In this document: in pieces, positions 45,003 through 53,542 of the stretch
Layout of the letters: each line of letters opens with the position of its first letter
Position numbering within the stretch: position 1 is the first letter of the stretch
Source of the DNA: an uncultured Gammaproteobacteria bacterium
GTDB taxonomy: Bacteria > Pseudomonadota > Gammaproteobacteria > CAWCPV01
Assembly: GCA_963797555.1 (NCBI GenBank)
Contig: CAWCPV010000004.1
Coordinates: 782,184-846,183, forward strand
Length of the DNA: 64,000 nt
Reading direction: 5' to 3'
Notes under the pieces: generated by a model
The model's input: the letters and a program-made list of their open reading frames with translations, nothing else
Databases searched by the model: none
Told to the model about the DNA's origin: nothing
Made by a program: the position numbers and the translations under genes

Positions 45003-45833
45003 GTGAAAAGCCTCGTGACACACGACACAAAACTTGCCTTGCTTCTTATTTTAGCTATCACATTCATCGCAAATACTGCGGATGCGCAGGTTGTATGCGA
45101 TAAGTTCAAGTTAGTTGCACAATTAACAGGGTCGACTCTCAATCTTTCGGTAGATACCGATCTGCCTGACAGTGCGGTTGTCATGGTAACGGTGTCACGG
45201 TCTTATTTGGAACAAGGCAACGCGTCCACATACGTGTTGGATTATTTTTCACAGAAGAGTAGCGTCGGACAGTGGAGGTCTAAACATAGCATCTCCGTTG
45301 ACAATGATAAGTGGAATTCTGCGCTTAGAGAAAGGCAGGAATTGGCGTCCAGAGCCGGAATTGGTTTTGGTGTTGCCTCTGTCAGCGACAATATCACGGT
45401 TAGCATGGTGGTTCCCATTAACCAACCAGATCCGCGGTTCGGAAAAGGGAACTCCGAACTCACCGGCAAGGCGGTAAGCACAACCGGCCTCCGTGTCGTT
45501 AAGGATAAAATGGAGATCAACTATCCGTTGAGTGGAGCACCCATTGGCAAGTCCTCATATGGGAACCCCTTACAATTGGAAGTCGGTCAAAGTTACATCG
45601 TTACCAAAAAAACGCCTCTTATGCCATCACACAGCCCGGCCGATCCCATCGCAGCACTGCAAATGGTCAAACAAATTCCAAACGGCGGGGGGTTTACAGT
45701 GCTTGGCACGTTCGATAAGAAAGGTAACCGATGGTATCAGGTAAGCGCATTTGACCAAAGACTTGAACCGATTGGGACGGGCTGGATTAACAGTGGGGCC
45801 TTGCTTGGCCAACAACTCAAGGCCGTCCGCTGA
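45003..45833 (+). CDS. Secreted hypothetical protein with C-terminal SH3-like segment; lower GC than flanks
   Basis: Signal peptide ending ADA; C-terminal WYQV..GWI. Confidence 0.7.
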   Translation: MKSLVTHDTKLALLLILAITFIANTADAQVVCDKFKLVAQLTGSTLNLSVDTDLPDSAVVMVTVSRSYLEQGNASTYVLDYFSQKSSVGQWRSKHSISVDNDKWNSALRERQELASRAGIGFGVASVSDNITVSMVVPINQPDPRFGKGNSELTGKAVSTTGLRVVKDKMEINYPLSGAPIGKSSYGNPLQLEVGQSYIVTKKTPLMPSHSPADPIAALQMVKQIPNGGGFTVLGTFDKKGNRWYQVSAFDQRLEPIGTGWINSGALLGQQLKAVR

Positions 45834-46432
45834 AGTCGCAATGCGGGTCCGCTTCAGAATCTCGAATAGCTGGCGCCGGGTCGTCGGAATTGGACCGAAC
45901 TCCTTCGCATGAAGTAATGCGGTCTCGAATGGACCGATGCCACGGGCTGCCCGGATCTGGCGCCGCAGGGCGATCAACACCGCGCCCGACCGGGACCACG
46001 TAGAACCCGAGACCATGCTGGCGGCTTCGGCCAAGTAGGCGTCACGCACCAGCCGCCGAAGGGCCGCACGGGAGCGAACCAGCTCGCGCAGGGTCTCCTC
46101 GGGTATCGCAGTGACCCAGGCGGGTGCGGTCACCGCGGAATCGGTGCCGCAGTCGGTGGCGCCGGCGGCCGCGGCGGTGGCTTCGCAGCGACAGCGGCCG
46201 CGGTGCCGACAGCCTGTGCGTACGAACGCAGCGCCGCATCCGCTGCCTCGAAGCGCTCCAGGGCCTCCACCTTGCGCCCGACCGGAATTAGCGGCTCGAT
46301 TCGAGCCCACAACGCGGCCACCTGAGGCAGCTTGATCGTATTGGGCGCGGTGGAGTCGATTGAAAACCCGCGGGACGCTGCCTCGGCAAATACCGGCTCG
46401 GGTGCGAAGTTAGGATCTGGCTGTTTGGGCAT
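45627..46432 (-). CDS. Hypothetical satellite protein (frameshift ~46190; 3' end uncertain)
   Basis: AAGGAG RBS then MPKQPDPNF..; continues in a second frame as ..IPEETLRELVRSRAALRRL.. Confidence 0.5.
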
Positions 46433-46934
46433 TTGGGTCTCCTTGTGCGGTGGTGGGCAATTCATTCGAGCCAGGGCCGCGGCTCAGCTCGGTCAGAACC
46501 GCGCGGATCTCGTTCGCCATCAGGGCGTAAATTCGCCGCTCGTCGGCCTCTGCCGCGAGAATCGAAGCCAGGCGGTCCGGCAACGCTTCCAGCTGGTCAC
46601 GAGCGATTCGCGCAAGTGTGAATACGGCCGAATTGGTGCGCCGGATGACCTCAGCGTTAATGTCCGCCGTGCGCTTCTCGGTGTAAAGCCTCTGTGCCCG
46701 CCATAACAGGGCGCGCTCCTCGGCCGCGTCCAGCATCATTTTGCCGTTGGGTTTATGTTTGACGGTCTCGCGGGCGAGAAACCAGGCAAAGACCCGCGCC
46801 GTATCGTACACATGGCTCCGGCCGCGGGCGCCGCGCTCCTCGATGGGCAATCCTGCGCGTTGCAGCTCGGTCAAGGTCCTCTGACTCAATCCGAAGATGT
46901 CGGCCAACTGTTTTTTGTTGACGTTGATGCCCAT
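46410..46934 (-). CDS. Terminase small subunit, lambda gpNu1-like
   Basis: MGINVNKKQLADIFGLSQRTLTELQRAGLP..YDTARVFAW closely parallels lambda Nu1 MEVNKKQLADIFGASIRTIQNWQEQGMP..YDSAAVIKW. Confidence 0.85.
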   Translation of the reverse strand: MGINVNKKQLADIFGLSQRTLTELQRAGLPIEERGARGRSHVYDTARVFAWFLARETVKHKPNGKMMLDAAEERALLWRAQRLYTEKRTADINAEVIRRTNSAVFTLARIARDQLEALPDRLASILAAEADERRIYALMANEIRAVLTELSRGPGSNELPTTAQGDPNAQTARS

Positions 46935-46959
46935 TGGCCGAGGAAGGAACTCTCTAGGT

Positions 46960-47024
46960 TGTTGTTACGCTAGGCAAATTGTGCAGGCTTGCCCGCCGCA
47001 GTGTGGGAAGGCTTAGAAGGACCC
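46960..47024 (-). other. Putative lambda-type cos packaging site
   Basis: GGGTCCT (identical to lambda cosQ) at 47024-47018, followed after ~17 nt by GC-rich TGCGGCGGGCAAGCCTGC, directly upstream of terS. Confidence 0.55.
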
Positions 47025-47043
47025 GCTAATATACTCATGCTCG

Positions 47044-47355
47044 TCAGATGATCGGGTTCGCCACCAGCAGCAACACATCCGCGTGGCACCGCTCGCCCAG
47101 CTCGCACCAGCAACACAGATCCTTGCCTCCCAGCTCGCGCCGCACATCGGCCATGGTGTACGGCAGGCGCCCGGCGATCAGGTCCTCCTCGTAGCGTCCG
47201 ACGGCCTCAGCTCTGCCCAGCTTCCGCCAGTCGTGCGGGTTGCCCCACTTGGAAGGACGCGACACCACCACGGCGCCCTCGGGCTTGCGCCACCCAGGGC
47301 GGCGGCTGCGCTGGATGCGGCGGGGGCCGCTCGTCATATCATCGTCATCGCTCAT
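47044..47355 (-). CDS. DUF4326 family protein
   Basis: PRRIQRSR..GWRKP..RPSKWGNP..ELGGKDLCCWC...CHADVLL. Confidence 0.85.
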   Translation of the reverse strand: MSDDDDMTSGPRRIQRSRRPGWRKPEGAVVVSRPSKWGNPHDWRKLGRAEAVGRYEEDLIAGRLPYTMADVRRELGGKDLCCWCELGERCHADVLLLVANPII

Positions 47356-47513
47356 GTTGGTCGTTGCCCTCGTGTTGAATCGTCATGCGCCGGATGCACC
47401 GGCTCGTTGCTCCACCAGTTCACCGCACCCCCGGCCGCCGCCTGTTCACCTTGCCCTGCCGCCAACGTCGCAGCAACCTGCGCCGCCAGCGTCGTGACGG
47501 GCGTCTCATGGTC

Positions 47514-48123
47514 TTATGCCCTCGTGTTGAATCGTAGGCGCCGGATGACCTCTTCCACGTCCGCCCCGATGCGTGGCGGCGAAAGTATCCACAAGTGCGT
47601 CTCCGGTGGTCTCCACATCCCCCACTCGGGAGCAGCGACGCACTGCCAGCCGTGTTCTCTTGCCCAGAATGCCGTACCCTCGGGGTCGTTGTGGGCACAC
47701 TCGCCATAGGGCTCGGTCGTGACGATGTACCCGCCGCCATCGCGCCAGATCAGCGTATGGTCGAAGTATGGATGCCACATCAACCCGTGGGGAGGGAACA
47801 CGCGACGGTAAGCCTCGCTCGGGCGTAGCCCGGTGGCATCCATGAAAGGAAGCATGTCGGATGATGCGACATGCTTTCCGCTAGCCTTTGGGCTCTGCCG
47901 CATCCATGAAGCTCACCACGCGCTGCCAGGATGCCCGCTCCCTCATCGCGATGGCCCAGTTCTTGAACCGCTCTGTAGAGGTAAACCCGGGCGGTATCCA
48001 GAGCGCCCCGTAGTAGTGCTTCGCGGGATGCCGAGCCCGGATGAAACCATCCAGCACGCCGCGCGGGATGGTCGGGTCCCAATGCGTTCCGCCGTAGGGT
48101 AGCCGTACCGGGATGTCGTTCAT
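47514..48123 (-). pseudogene. Hypothetical gene split by a 64-bp insertion
   Basis: Removing the insert between the GCATCCATGAA repeats (47836 and 47900) joins the two ORFs into one 181-aa frame. Confidence 0.7.
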
Positions 48124-50288
48124 GGTTGCCCCTCCAGGTCGTCGTCACAGCCACGTTCTCGCTCTTGAACAACACCGGTAACGGCGGTAACGCGGTAACG
48201 AACGTCCTCCATCCCTTGTGTCTCTAGGGGTTGTTCCGTTACCGCTCCCCTATGTGTACCGGTAACGGTGGTAACGGTACGCTGGGTGTTACCAGCGGTA
48301 CCGCTGTTGCTACCGCTACTACCGTTACCGTCGTTACCAGTCCTTGAACACTCACTCTCTCTCGAAGAAGAAGAGGGTAGAGGGTTACCGTTACCTCTCC
48401 ACATAGGCGTATAGCGCCCATCCACGCGGTGGTGCAGCTCTCCGGCGTGCGCCATGGTCCACAACAGCTTCCCCACCGTGCCATAAGGCTTGCCGAGCGC
48501 CGCGGTAATGTCCTTGCGGCTGAGCGGTCCCTTGTCGCGCAACAGGTCTATGACTTCCTGCCGCTCCCGCGAGCGCTTGAACTCCTCAGCGTCACCCATG
48601 CCATGCCATGTACACGTATCGGGACGCCATTCGAGCGCTAGGTCCGCCTCCTCTACGTCTCGGCCGCGCAGGTGAAGGAACGCGTCGGCGCGTCCGTGCT
48701 CCTTGGCGAGAATCAACACAGAGTCAGCCGCACCGCTCAGCCCGAGCGTACCTGACACGGTGTCGAACGGGTCTGCCGCGCCCATCTTGCGCAGGTGATG
48801 TATGAGTAGCAGCGCCACGCCATGCGCGTCGGCAACGGCCTTGAGCGCGGCCACGGCCTCGTAGTCTGCCGCGTAGGCGTTTTGCTCGCGGGTCTGCTCC
48901 GCCCGGATGCGAGCGAGGGTATCGACGGCGACGAGACGAGCGCCGGGGTGGTCAGTGAGCCACGCCTTGAGCGCCTCGCACGCCTCGGCGCCGCGGGGCC
49001 AATCGGTTACAAGGTGCAGCCGCTCGGGGAATGCCGCGAGGGTGGCGAGCCGCTTCTTGAGTCGCCTGGGGGTGTCCTCCAGGGCCAGGTAAAGCACGTC
49101 TCCGGCCTCGACTCGGGAGGTCCCGAGCGCGACTCCGCCAGACGCGACGGCGACTCCCAGCCCGAGCGCGAGCCAGGACTTGCCCACCTTGGGCTTGCCC
49201 GCGAAGAGACTGAGCCCTTCGGGGAGAACTCCAGGGACAGCCCACTTGGGTTCGGGGAACTCGCGATGGGCCAGATCGGCGGCGGTGAAGGGTGCCGGGG
49301 CCTCGGTGCCGGGTGTCGGCGGCGCATCGCCGGCAGCCGCACGCCATCCATGTTCCACCGCTCGCGTCTCGCCGGGGATGTCCACGGGCACGATCACACC
49401 GGCTGTGTCCGTCTCCCGCACCAGCTCCGCGAGCCGCTCCACCGCATGCCGCGCCCACTCGGGGCCGAGCCCAGCCCGGCGAAGGTCTCCTCCGACGCGC
49501 AGGCACTGCGCGTGGCGTCCACGCTCCGGGTGGCGATGCGTGCGCTCGGCCGCCTGCGCGACAATGCGCGTCACGATGGAGCGCGCGCGGCGGTCTGCGG
49601 GGTCGTAGGGCAGTGGGTCGGGGTCGGCGCCGTTACCCGGTCGGGCCTCGGCTCTCGGGGCCTCCCGTGGTGCGAGCAGCTCCACCAGCCAGGCGGGCGG
49701 GTCGGCCAGCTCGGTCTCGTCCGGTGACAGCCCCGGTGCCCAGGCATACGCGGCGCCGGTGGGATGCACCGATGGCGGCACCACGTGATACCCGCCCTGC
49801 CCGCGAGTATCCACGCCCGGCAGGATCCCCGCGCGCGTGGTGCGCTCCTGTGGGCCACCCCAGGGCCAGCGATAGACGTACTGCCAGCCGCGGGCGGTGC
49901 GGATGGTGGGGGTCGGCGGCAGCTCACGTCCCGAGATACTGGCCTGGCCCGGCTCCCCGTCCACGTCCAGGACCAGCGTTCCGCTCTCGTGCCCGGCGGC
50001 GACGGCTACGTTGTCGTCCGCGTGGCCGCTCCACCACGCCCGGATGACGTCCGGGTCGGTCGTGGCGCGCGCCGGCCAGTCGGACCAGCGGGGGGGATGC
50101 TTGCGCCGGGGCGGCAGGGGGTGCACGCGCCAGCCGCGGGCGGCGTATGTCAAGGCACCGCTGAGCGTGGTATCCTGAGACGGTCGGTTTGACTCCTCCG
50201 CGCCCTCGCCCGGTCCCTGCCCGGCGGGGGCGTCCTCGTTTTGGTGCCCGGGAGATCCCCGAGCCCGTCCGTCCCTGGGGGCGGCCAT
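48120..50288 (-). CDS. Bifunctional primase-polymerase fused to AAA_25/RepA-type helicase
   Basis: YAARGWRVHPL, VLDVD, DTRGQGGYHVVPPSVHPTG; Walker A GKPKVGKS, VDTL, IHHLRK; start uncertain. Confidence 0.9.
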   Translation of the reverse strand: MAAPRDGRARGSPGHQNEDAPAGQGPGEGAEESNRPSQDTTLSGALTYAARGWRVHPLPPRRKHPPRWSDWPARATTDPDVIRAWWSGHADDNVAVAAGHESGTLVLDVDGEPGQASISGRELPPTPTIRTARGWQYVYRWPWGGPQERTTRAGILPGVDTRGQGGYHVVPPSVHPTGAAYAWAPGLSPDETELADPPAWLVELLAPREAPRAEARPGNGADPDPLPYDPADRRARSIVTRIVAQAAERTHRHPERGRHAQCLRVGGDLRRAGLGPEWARHAVERLAELVRETDTAGVIVPVDIPGETRAVEHGWRAAAGDAPPTPGTEAPAPFTAADLAHREFPEPKWAVPGVLPEGLSLFAGKPKVGKSWLALGLGVAVASGGVALGTSRVEAGDVLYLALEDTPRRLKKRLATLAAFPERLHLVTDWPRGAEACEALKAWLTDHPGARLVAVDTLARIRAEQTREQNAYAADYEAVAALKAVADAHGVALLLIHHLRKMGAADPFDTVSGTLGLSGAADSVLILAKEHGRADAFLHLRGRDVEEADLALEWRPDTCTWHGMGDAEEFKRSRERQEVIDLLRDKGPLSRKDITAALGKPYGTVGKLLWTMAHAGELHHRVDGRYTPMWRGNGNPLPSSSSRESECSRTGNDGNGSSGSNSGTAGNTQRTVTTVTGTHRGAVTEQPLETQGMEDVRYRVTAVTGVVQERERGCDDDLEGQP
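48177..48395. repeat. GGTAAC/GTTACC iteron-like array (11 copies); putative origin
   Basis: Copies at 48177, 48186, 48194, 48238, 48261, 48270, 48288, 48324, 48333, 48384 and 48390, in both orientations. Confidence 0.75.
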
Positions 50289-50289
50289 T

Positions 50290-50526
50290 TTAGGCGGCCT
50301 TCCCGCGATGCTTTGGAGCGCCCTGCCTGGGAACCACCATGCGCCTGGCGAGCCAGTCAGGGAGCGCCTCCGGGTCGTAGCGTCTGCGTCCCGCGATGAC
50401 GACATGGGGCGGCAACTCGCGCCGGTCTTTCAGCCTGTAAATCTGCCGAACGCTGCAGCCCAGCTCTTCAGCGAGCCCTTCGTCATAAAGCCACCCGTCC
50501 AGTAGCGCCATGTGCCATGCCTCCAT
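50290..50526 (-). CDS. AlpA/excisionase-like HTH protein
   Basis: LAEELGCSVRQIYRL..LPPHVVIAGRRRYDPEALPDWL. Confidence 0.8.
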   Translation of the reverse strand: MEAWHMALLDGWLYDEGLAEELGCSVRQIYRLKDRRELPPHVVIAGRRRYDPEALPDWLARRMVVPRQGAPKHRGKAA

Positions 50527-50603
50527 AGTCAGTACATGGCAACGATCCTGCGGGATGGGCAGAAGCTACGTCACGGACAGTTAGGTCACTTATTTGTCCC
50601 GGC

Positions 50604-51218
50604 TCAGCAGTCCGCAGGCAAGCCTTTCATGCCATGGCGCTGCAAACCTTTGCGGACAGCACCGGCGCTCGGTGAGCCGTAGTGCTCGGCAAGTTGCTGC
50701 AGGGCCTCGCAGGGGCTGACAGCAGGATGATGGGTTTGGGTAGCGGGGTCGAAGTAGCCCTCGGTGAGCTGGCGGTAGGCGAACGCGATGCGCCTCCAGT
50801 TGTAGGGCGGCGTGCGCGGACCGCGAAGGAATCCGAAGCATTGCAGGGCCGCCGATGCTTTTCTTATCCACGGACCCCTGCGGCGGCTATGCAGTTCGCG
50901 CGCGGCGGCACGGTGGACACGCCACACTTCGCGAAGGTCCTCCCACCGTGCTTCTCTGTCGGCTTGCTCGTGCGGGTAGCGCCCGAGCAGATCCACCAGC
51001 TCCAGGGCCTCGGTGGTGCCGAGGGTGATTGCGATCGATGGCGCCATGTCGGCTTGCGCCTGTCGGCGGAAGGCTTCGCTCTCGCCTAACATGCGTGCGA
51101 GCCACTCGATGTGCCGCTGCGGGTCGAAGCCCTCCGGCCAGCGCGCCGGGTCCTGGGGCCAGGTCGCTCGGAAGTATGCTTCCGCCAGCGCCCGGAGCAG
51201 CCTGTCTCGCGTCCTCAC
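50604..51218 (-). CDS. Hypothetical protein
   Basis: 204-aa ORF in the satellite's minus-strand block. Confidence 0.55.
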   Translation of the reverse strand: MRTRDRLLRALAEAYFRATWPQDPARWPEGFDPQRHIEWLARMLGESEAFRRQAQADMAPSIAITLGTTEALELVDLLGRYPHEQADREARWEDLREVWRVHRAAARELHSRRRGPWIRKASAALQCFGFLRGPRTPPYNWRRIAFAYRQLTEGYFDPATQTHHPAVSPCEALQQLAEHYGSPSAGAVRKGLQRHGMKGLPADC

Positions 51219-51234
51219 GGTGAGGCGCGCTGAC

Positions 51235-51489
51235 TCAGTAGTGATAGCGACACTGGAGAATGGTGATCTCGTCGCTGCCCACCGAGTAGACGAGACGGTG
51301 TTCCTTGGTGATGCGTCGTGACCAGGACCCCGTCAGCTCATGGCGCAGCGGCTCCGGTTTGCCGATGCCCTTGAACGGCCGGCGTTGGATGTCGCGAATC
51401 AGGTAGTTGATCTTTTCCAGCACGGCCTTGTCGGTTTTCTGCCAGTGCAGGTATTCCTCCCAGGCGCCCTCGTGGAACTTAACCTTCAT
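51235..51489 (-). CDS. yoeB: Txe/YoeB family mRNA interferase toxin
   Basis: AWEEYLHWQ..GIGKPEPLRHELTGSWSRRITKEHRLVY..QCRYHY. Confidence 0.95.
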   Translation of the reverse strand: MKVKFHEGAWEEYLHWQKTDKAVLEKINYLIRDIQRRPFKGIGKPEPLRHELTGSWSRRITKEHRLVYSVGSDEITILQCRYHY

Positions 51490-51493
51490 CAGG

Positions 51494-51757
51494 CTACTTG
51501 GCGTGTTCGTTCTTACGCGCCTTCGGTTCCGGTATCACTACCGGGGCCGGGGTCTCTAACAGCTCGTGCTCCCTGGCTTCGCCGCGGCGCACATCGGCCA
51601 GACGTTCCCGAAGGACCCGTGCGTTCTCTGGTGACTGCAGCAGATAAGCGGTCTCGTCCTCCGCAACCGCACGGTCCAGAAGGGTGCGGTACTCGTCCAT
51701 GGACAGCACCACGGAGATCTTCTCGCCCTTCTCGTCAACGATGTATTGCGTGCTCAC
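51494..51757 (-). CDS. YefM-like antitoxin with shortened N-terminus
   Basis: VVLSMDEY..ETAYLLQSPENARVL; GTG start overlaps the integrase stop. Confidence 0.8.
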   Translation of the reverse strand: MSTQYIVDEKGEKISVVLSMDEYRTLLDRAVAEDETAYLLQSPENARVLRERLADVRRGEAREHELLETPAPVVIPEPKARKNEHAK

Positions 51758-52929
51758 TTGCTCGCCCTCCGGTTCAGCGCTACTATTTCAGCCTTGCCCT
51801 TGCCACTCACGATGGCGCCTACGCGCTCTGTGGCGGCTCGGAGCGGGTCATCGAACAGGTGGCTATACCTGTGGGTCGTTGCGGCCTGGGTATGCCCCAG
51901 CAGGGCTCCTATGAGCGGCAGGGAGGCTCCCGAGGATGCCAGGACGCTGGCATAGGTATGCCGCAAGTCATGGATGCGCGCCTCGACCTTTGCCCACTTG
52001 CAGACCGTGCTCCAGAATCGCTTGATGTCGCCTTGGTGCTCCTCTGCGATGTCGCCGGGGAAGACGTAGGGACCGGAGCGCTCGATGCCCGCGAGTAGTT
52101 CACGAGCTGGAGCGCTCAGCGGGACGCGGTGCTCCCTCTTTTGCTTGGTCGCTGCGCTCGGCTTGGTCCAGACCCCCGCGGCGAGGTCCAGATCCTCCCA
52201 GCGCATGGACAGGACTTCACCCTTGCGTGCGCCGGTGAGCATCAGCAACCGCACCACGTTGGCGCTCTGCTGGTTCGGGTGCTTCGCTAAGGCGTCACTG
52301 AGCCGTGCGATCTCCTCTGGGCTGAGGTAACGCTGCCTACGGTCCTCTTGGTTTCGCTCGATGCCTTTCACGGGATTGTCGGAGCGGATCTGCCACTTTG
52401 CTGCCAAGGTGAACATTCTGGAAAGCAGGGCGACGCAGCGGTTGGCGGTGGTGGGCGCATGCTGCGACAGGCGCGTATGGAAGCGTTCGATGTCGGTGTG
52501 ACTGACCGCGTGGACCTTCAGCCGGCCAAGCGGCGGCAGGATGTGTTTGTCCAAGTACCAGCGGTAATCAGCCTGGGTCCTCTGGCGTTTCTTGGGCAGG
52601 TATTCCGCCGTGAACCGCTCCGCCAGCTCTGCCACGGTCGGGGCCTCCCTGGATGACTCCCGGTGCGACAGGGGGTCGCTGCCGAGGTCCACCTCCCGGA
52701 GCAGGCGGCGTGCTTCGTCTCGGGCCAGCACCGTGGACCAGTCGGGCCAAGCGCCGATGGTGTAGCGCCGCACCCTGCCGTCGACGTGGTAGGTGAGCAC
52801 CCATGCGCGGCCGGCGGCGGCGGTCACCCGCAGGGCCAGCTCCTTCACGTCGGTGTCGAAGTACAGGCGGTTACCCTTCTCGGGTGGCGCCAGCTTGGGG
52901 ATGCCTCGGTCGGTGAGTCGGTAGCGCAT
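51754..52929 (-). CDS. int: Tyrosine integrase with arm-binding domain (P4/IntS-like)
   Basis: LTGARKGE, RIHDLRHTYAS, LLGHTQAATTHRYSH; adjacent to attR. Confidence 0.95.
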   Translation of the reverse strand: MRYRLTDRGIPKLAPPEKGNRLYFDTDVKELALRVTAAAGRAWVLTYHVDGRVRRYTIGAWPDWSTVLARDEARRLLREVDLGSDPLSHRESSREAPTVAELAERFTAEYLPKKRQRTQADYRWYLDKHILPPLGRLKVHAVSHTDIERFHTRLSQHAPTTANRCVALLSRMFTLAAKWQIRSDNPVKGIERNQEDRRQRYLSPEEIARLSDALAKHPNQQSANVVRLLMLTGARKGEVLSMRWEDLDLAAGVWTKPSAATKQKREHRVPLSAPARELLAGIERSGPYVFPGDIAEEHQGDIKRFWSTVCKWAKVEARIHDLRHTYASVLASSGASLPLIGALLGHTQAATTHRYSHLFDDPLRAATERVGAIVSGKGKAEIVALNRRASK

Positions 52930-53096
52930 GGAGTCAGCGGCCTCCGCCGTGTCACGGGATGTGTCACAGAGCAAACGTCAGTCTGTGGCGGAGTATGGCA
53001 TAGAATGTCCGTAGGCGTCAACTGGTGACGGCATGCAGCAGAAGGGTTTGGCGGGGTCACCTAGTGCCGCGTGTCACAGCGGAGATCGGCGGGGTA

Positions 53097-53144
53097 GGAC
53101 TTTTAATCCGAGGGTCGTAGGTTCGATTCCTACACGGCCCACCA
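53097..53144 (+). repeat. attR: duplicated 3' half of tRNA-Lys ending in CCA
   Basis: GGACTTTTAATCCGAGGGTCGTAGGTTCGATTCCTACACGGCCCACCA. Confidence 0.95.
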
Positions 53145-53264
53145 GAAACAACATGTGCTTACATGTATCACTCCGCAAAGCTGCCTCGATTATAGAGGTT
53201 CATGTAGGCACCATGTAGGCAGACTGAGGTAACGCTGCAGGCACCCCGACTGTGACAGGAGGAC

Positions 53265-53537
53265 ATGGACATGGCTCATGCAATTGATCTTGAAGCAGCG
53301 GACAAGCTCGCTGCATTGATTCATCGCGTCGCCGCGGACAAGGAACGGGTGGTAGTGAGCGGGAAGGGTGGCGAGACGGCTGCGCTGGTGCCCGTCGAAG
53401 ACCTAAAGCTCATTGAGGAGCTAGAAGACCATAAGGATGCTGAGGACTTCCGGTCCGCCAAGGAGGATTTTGAGCGCAGCGGGGAACAACCCATAGCGCT
53501 CGACGAAGTACTCGCCGAATTCCGTATCCGGCGGTAG
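53265..53537 (+). CDS. Phd/YefM family antitoxin
   Basis: LIHRVAADKERVVV..AALVPVEDL..LEDHKD. Confidence 0.85.
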   Translation: MDMAHAIDLEAADKLAALIHRVAADKERVVVSGKGGETAALVPVEDLKLIEELEDHKDAEDFRSAKEDFERSGEQPIALDEVLAEFRIRR

Positions 53538-53542
53538 GTCGT

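Larger units (their letters stand above)
43594..53142. mobile_element. PICI-like phage satellite integrated in tRNA-Lys (~9.5 kb)
   Basis: 46-bp direct repeat 43594-43639 / 53097-53142; integrase, AlpA-like, prim-pol/helicase and TerS present; no structural genes. Confidence 0.88.

Noticed and set aside
43594-53142. Intact prophage
   Set aside because: No capsid, portal, large terminase, tail or lysis genes, and only ~9.5 kb
53097-53144. Second tRNA-Lys gene
   Set aside because: Only the 3' half is present; it is the att duplication
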